From NCBI GenBank assembly GCA_039198915.1, contig JBCCTE010000001.1, positions 1 to 26,143 of the forward strand: a stretch of DNA of 26,143 nt, in the 5' to 3' direction. A program made the position numbers and the translations under genes. The notes beneath the pieces were generated by a model that had not been told where the DNA came from, made no database searches, and was given only the letters and a program-made list of their open reading frames with translations. This DNA is from Cyanobacteria bacterium P01_D01_bin.73 (GTDB lineage: Bacteria > Cyanobacteriota > Cyanobacteriia > CACIAM-69d). Shown piece by piece: positions 26,012 to 26,143 of this stretch (within the stretch, counting starts at the first letter, position 1; each line of letters opens with the position of its first letter).

Positions 26012-26143
26012 TTAGGCTTGGGAGCGCCGGAACATATACCCCACGGCATTGCCAGCGGTAAGGGCGATGGAGCTGGGGACAATCTGATCAGCCGGCAACT
26101 TCCCAGTGGCGGCAGCTACCACCAAAGCAGCGGGGGCTCCTAG
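26012..26143 (-). CDS. 3' part of a second copy of the 799-1071 gene (ends ...GYMFRRSQA*)
   Basis: The repeat encodes LGAPAALVV...GYMFRR, then SQA and a TAA stop at 26012-26014. Confidence 0.6.
   Translation of the reverse strand, partial: LGAPAALVVAAATGKLPADQIVPSSIALTAGNAVGYMFRRSQA
26025..26143 (+). repeat. 119-bp direct repeat, copy 2 (truncated by window end)
   Basis: Identical to 809-927. True length is unknown because the window ends here. Confidence 0.97.

Larger units (their letters stand above)
809..26024. mobile_element. Putative ~25.2-kb cyanobacterial plasmid (circularisable unit)
   Basis: Bounded by an exact 119-bp direct repeat. Joining 26024 to 809 makes the minus-strand small-gene operon (3283 to 809) continue into 25979-24415. 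Carries Rep-like primase-helicase, two partition systems, a resolvase-like recombinase and many HIP1 sites. Confidence 0.8.

Overview
The window is almost entirely a cyanobacterial plasmid-like replicon. HIP1 octamers (GCGATCGC) are very frequent in the backbone. A 119-bp direct repeat (809-927 = 26025-26143, running to the window end) closes a putative 25,216-bp circle. Backbone genes: an SF2 helicase coupled to a 1121-aa ZnF-Toprim-helicase-HTH Rep-like protein, two partition modules (ParM-like actin with a small partner; ParA with a ParG-like RHH protein), a tyrosine recombinase preceded by a dif-like 28-bp site, RusA, DinD, a nuclease-like lipoprotein, several RHH regulators, and an FtsK/HerA-like membrane ATPase with small membrane proteins. 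No relaxase was recognised. The main finding is a standalone, enlarged TnpB/Cas12f-like RuvC protein with a rearranged catalytic glutamate and a ~60-aa insertion. Its ORF ends 21 bp from a co-oriented 13-repeat CRISPR array, with no cas1/2/4/6 and no tnpA, making it a candidate nascent type V system. Other candidates: a TraB/clt-like transfer module, a PatX-like RGSGR peptide, a type I toxin-antitoxin-like locus, and an AT-rich peptide plus M29/CgnB-E-like cassette. All family assignments come from motif recognition by eye; no searches were run.
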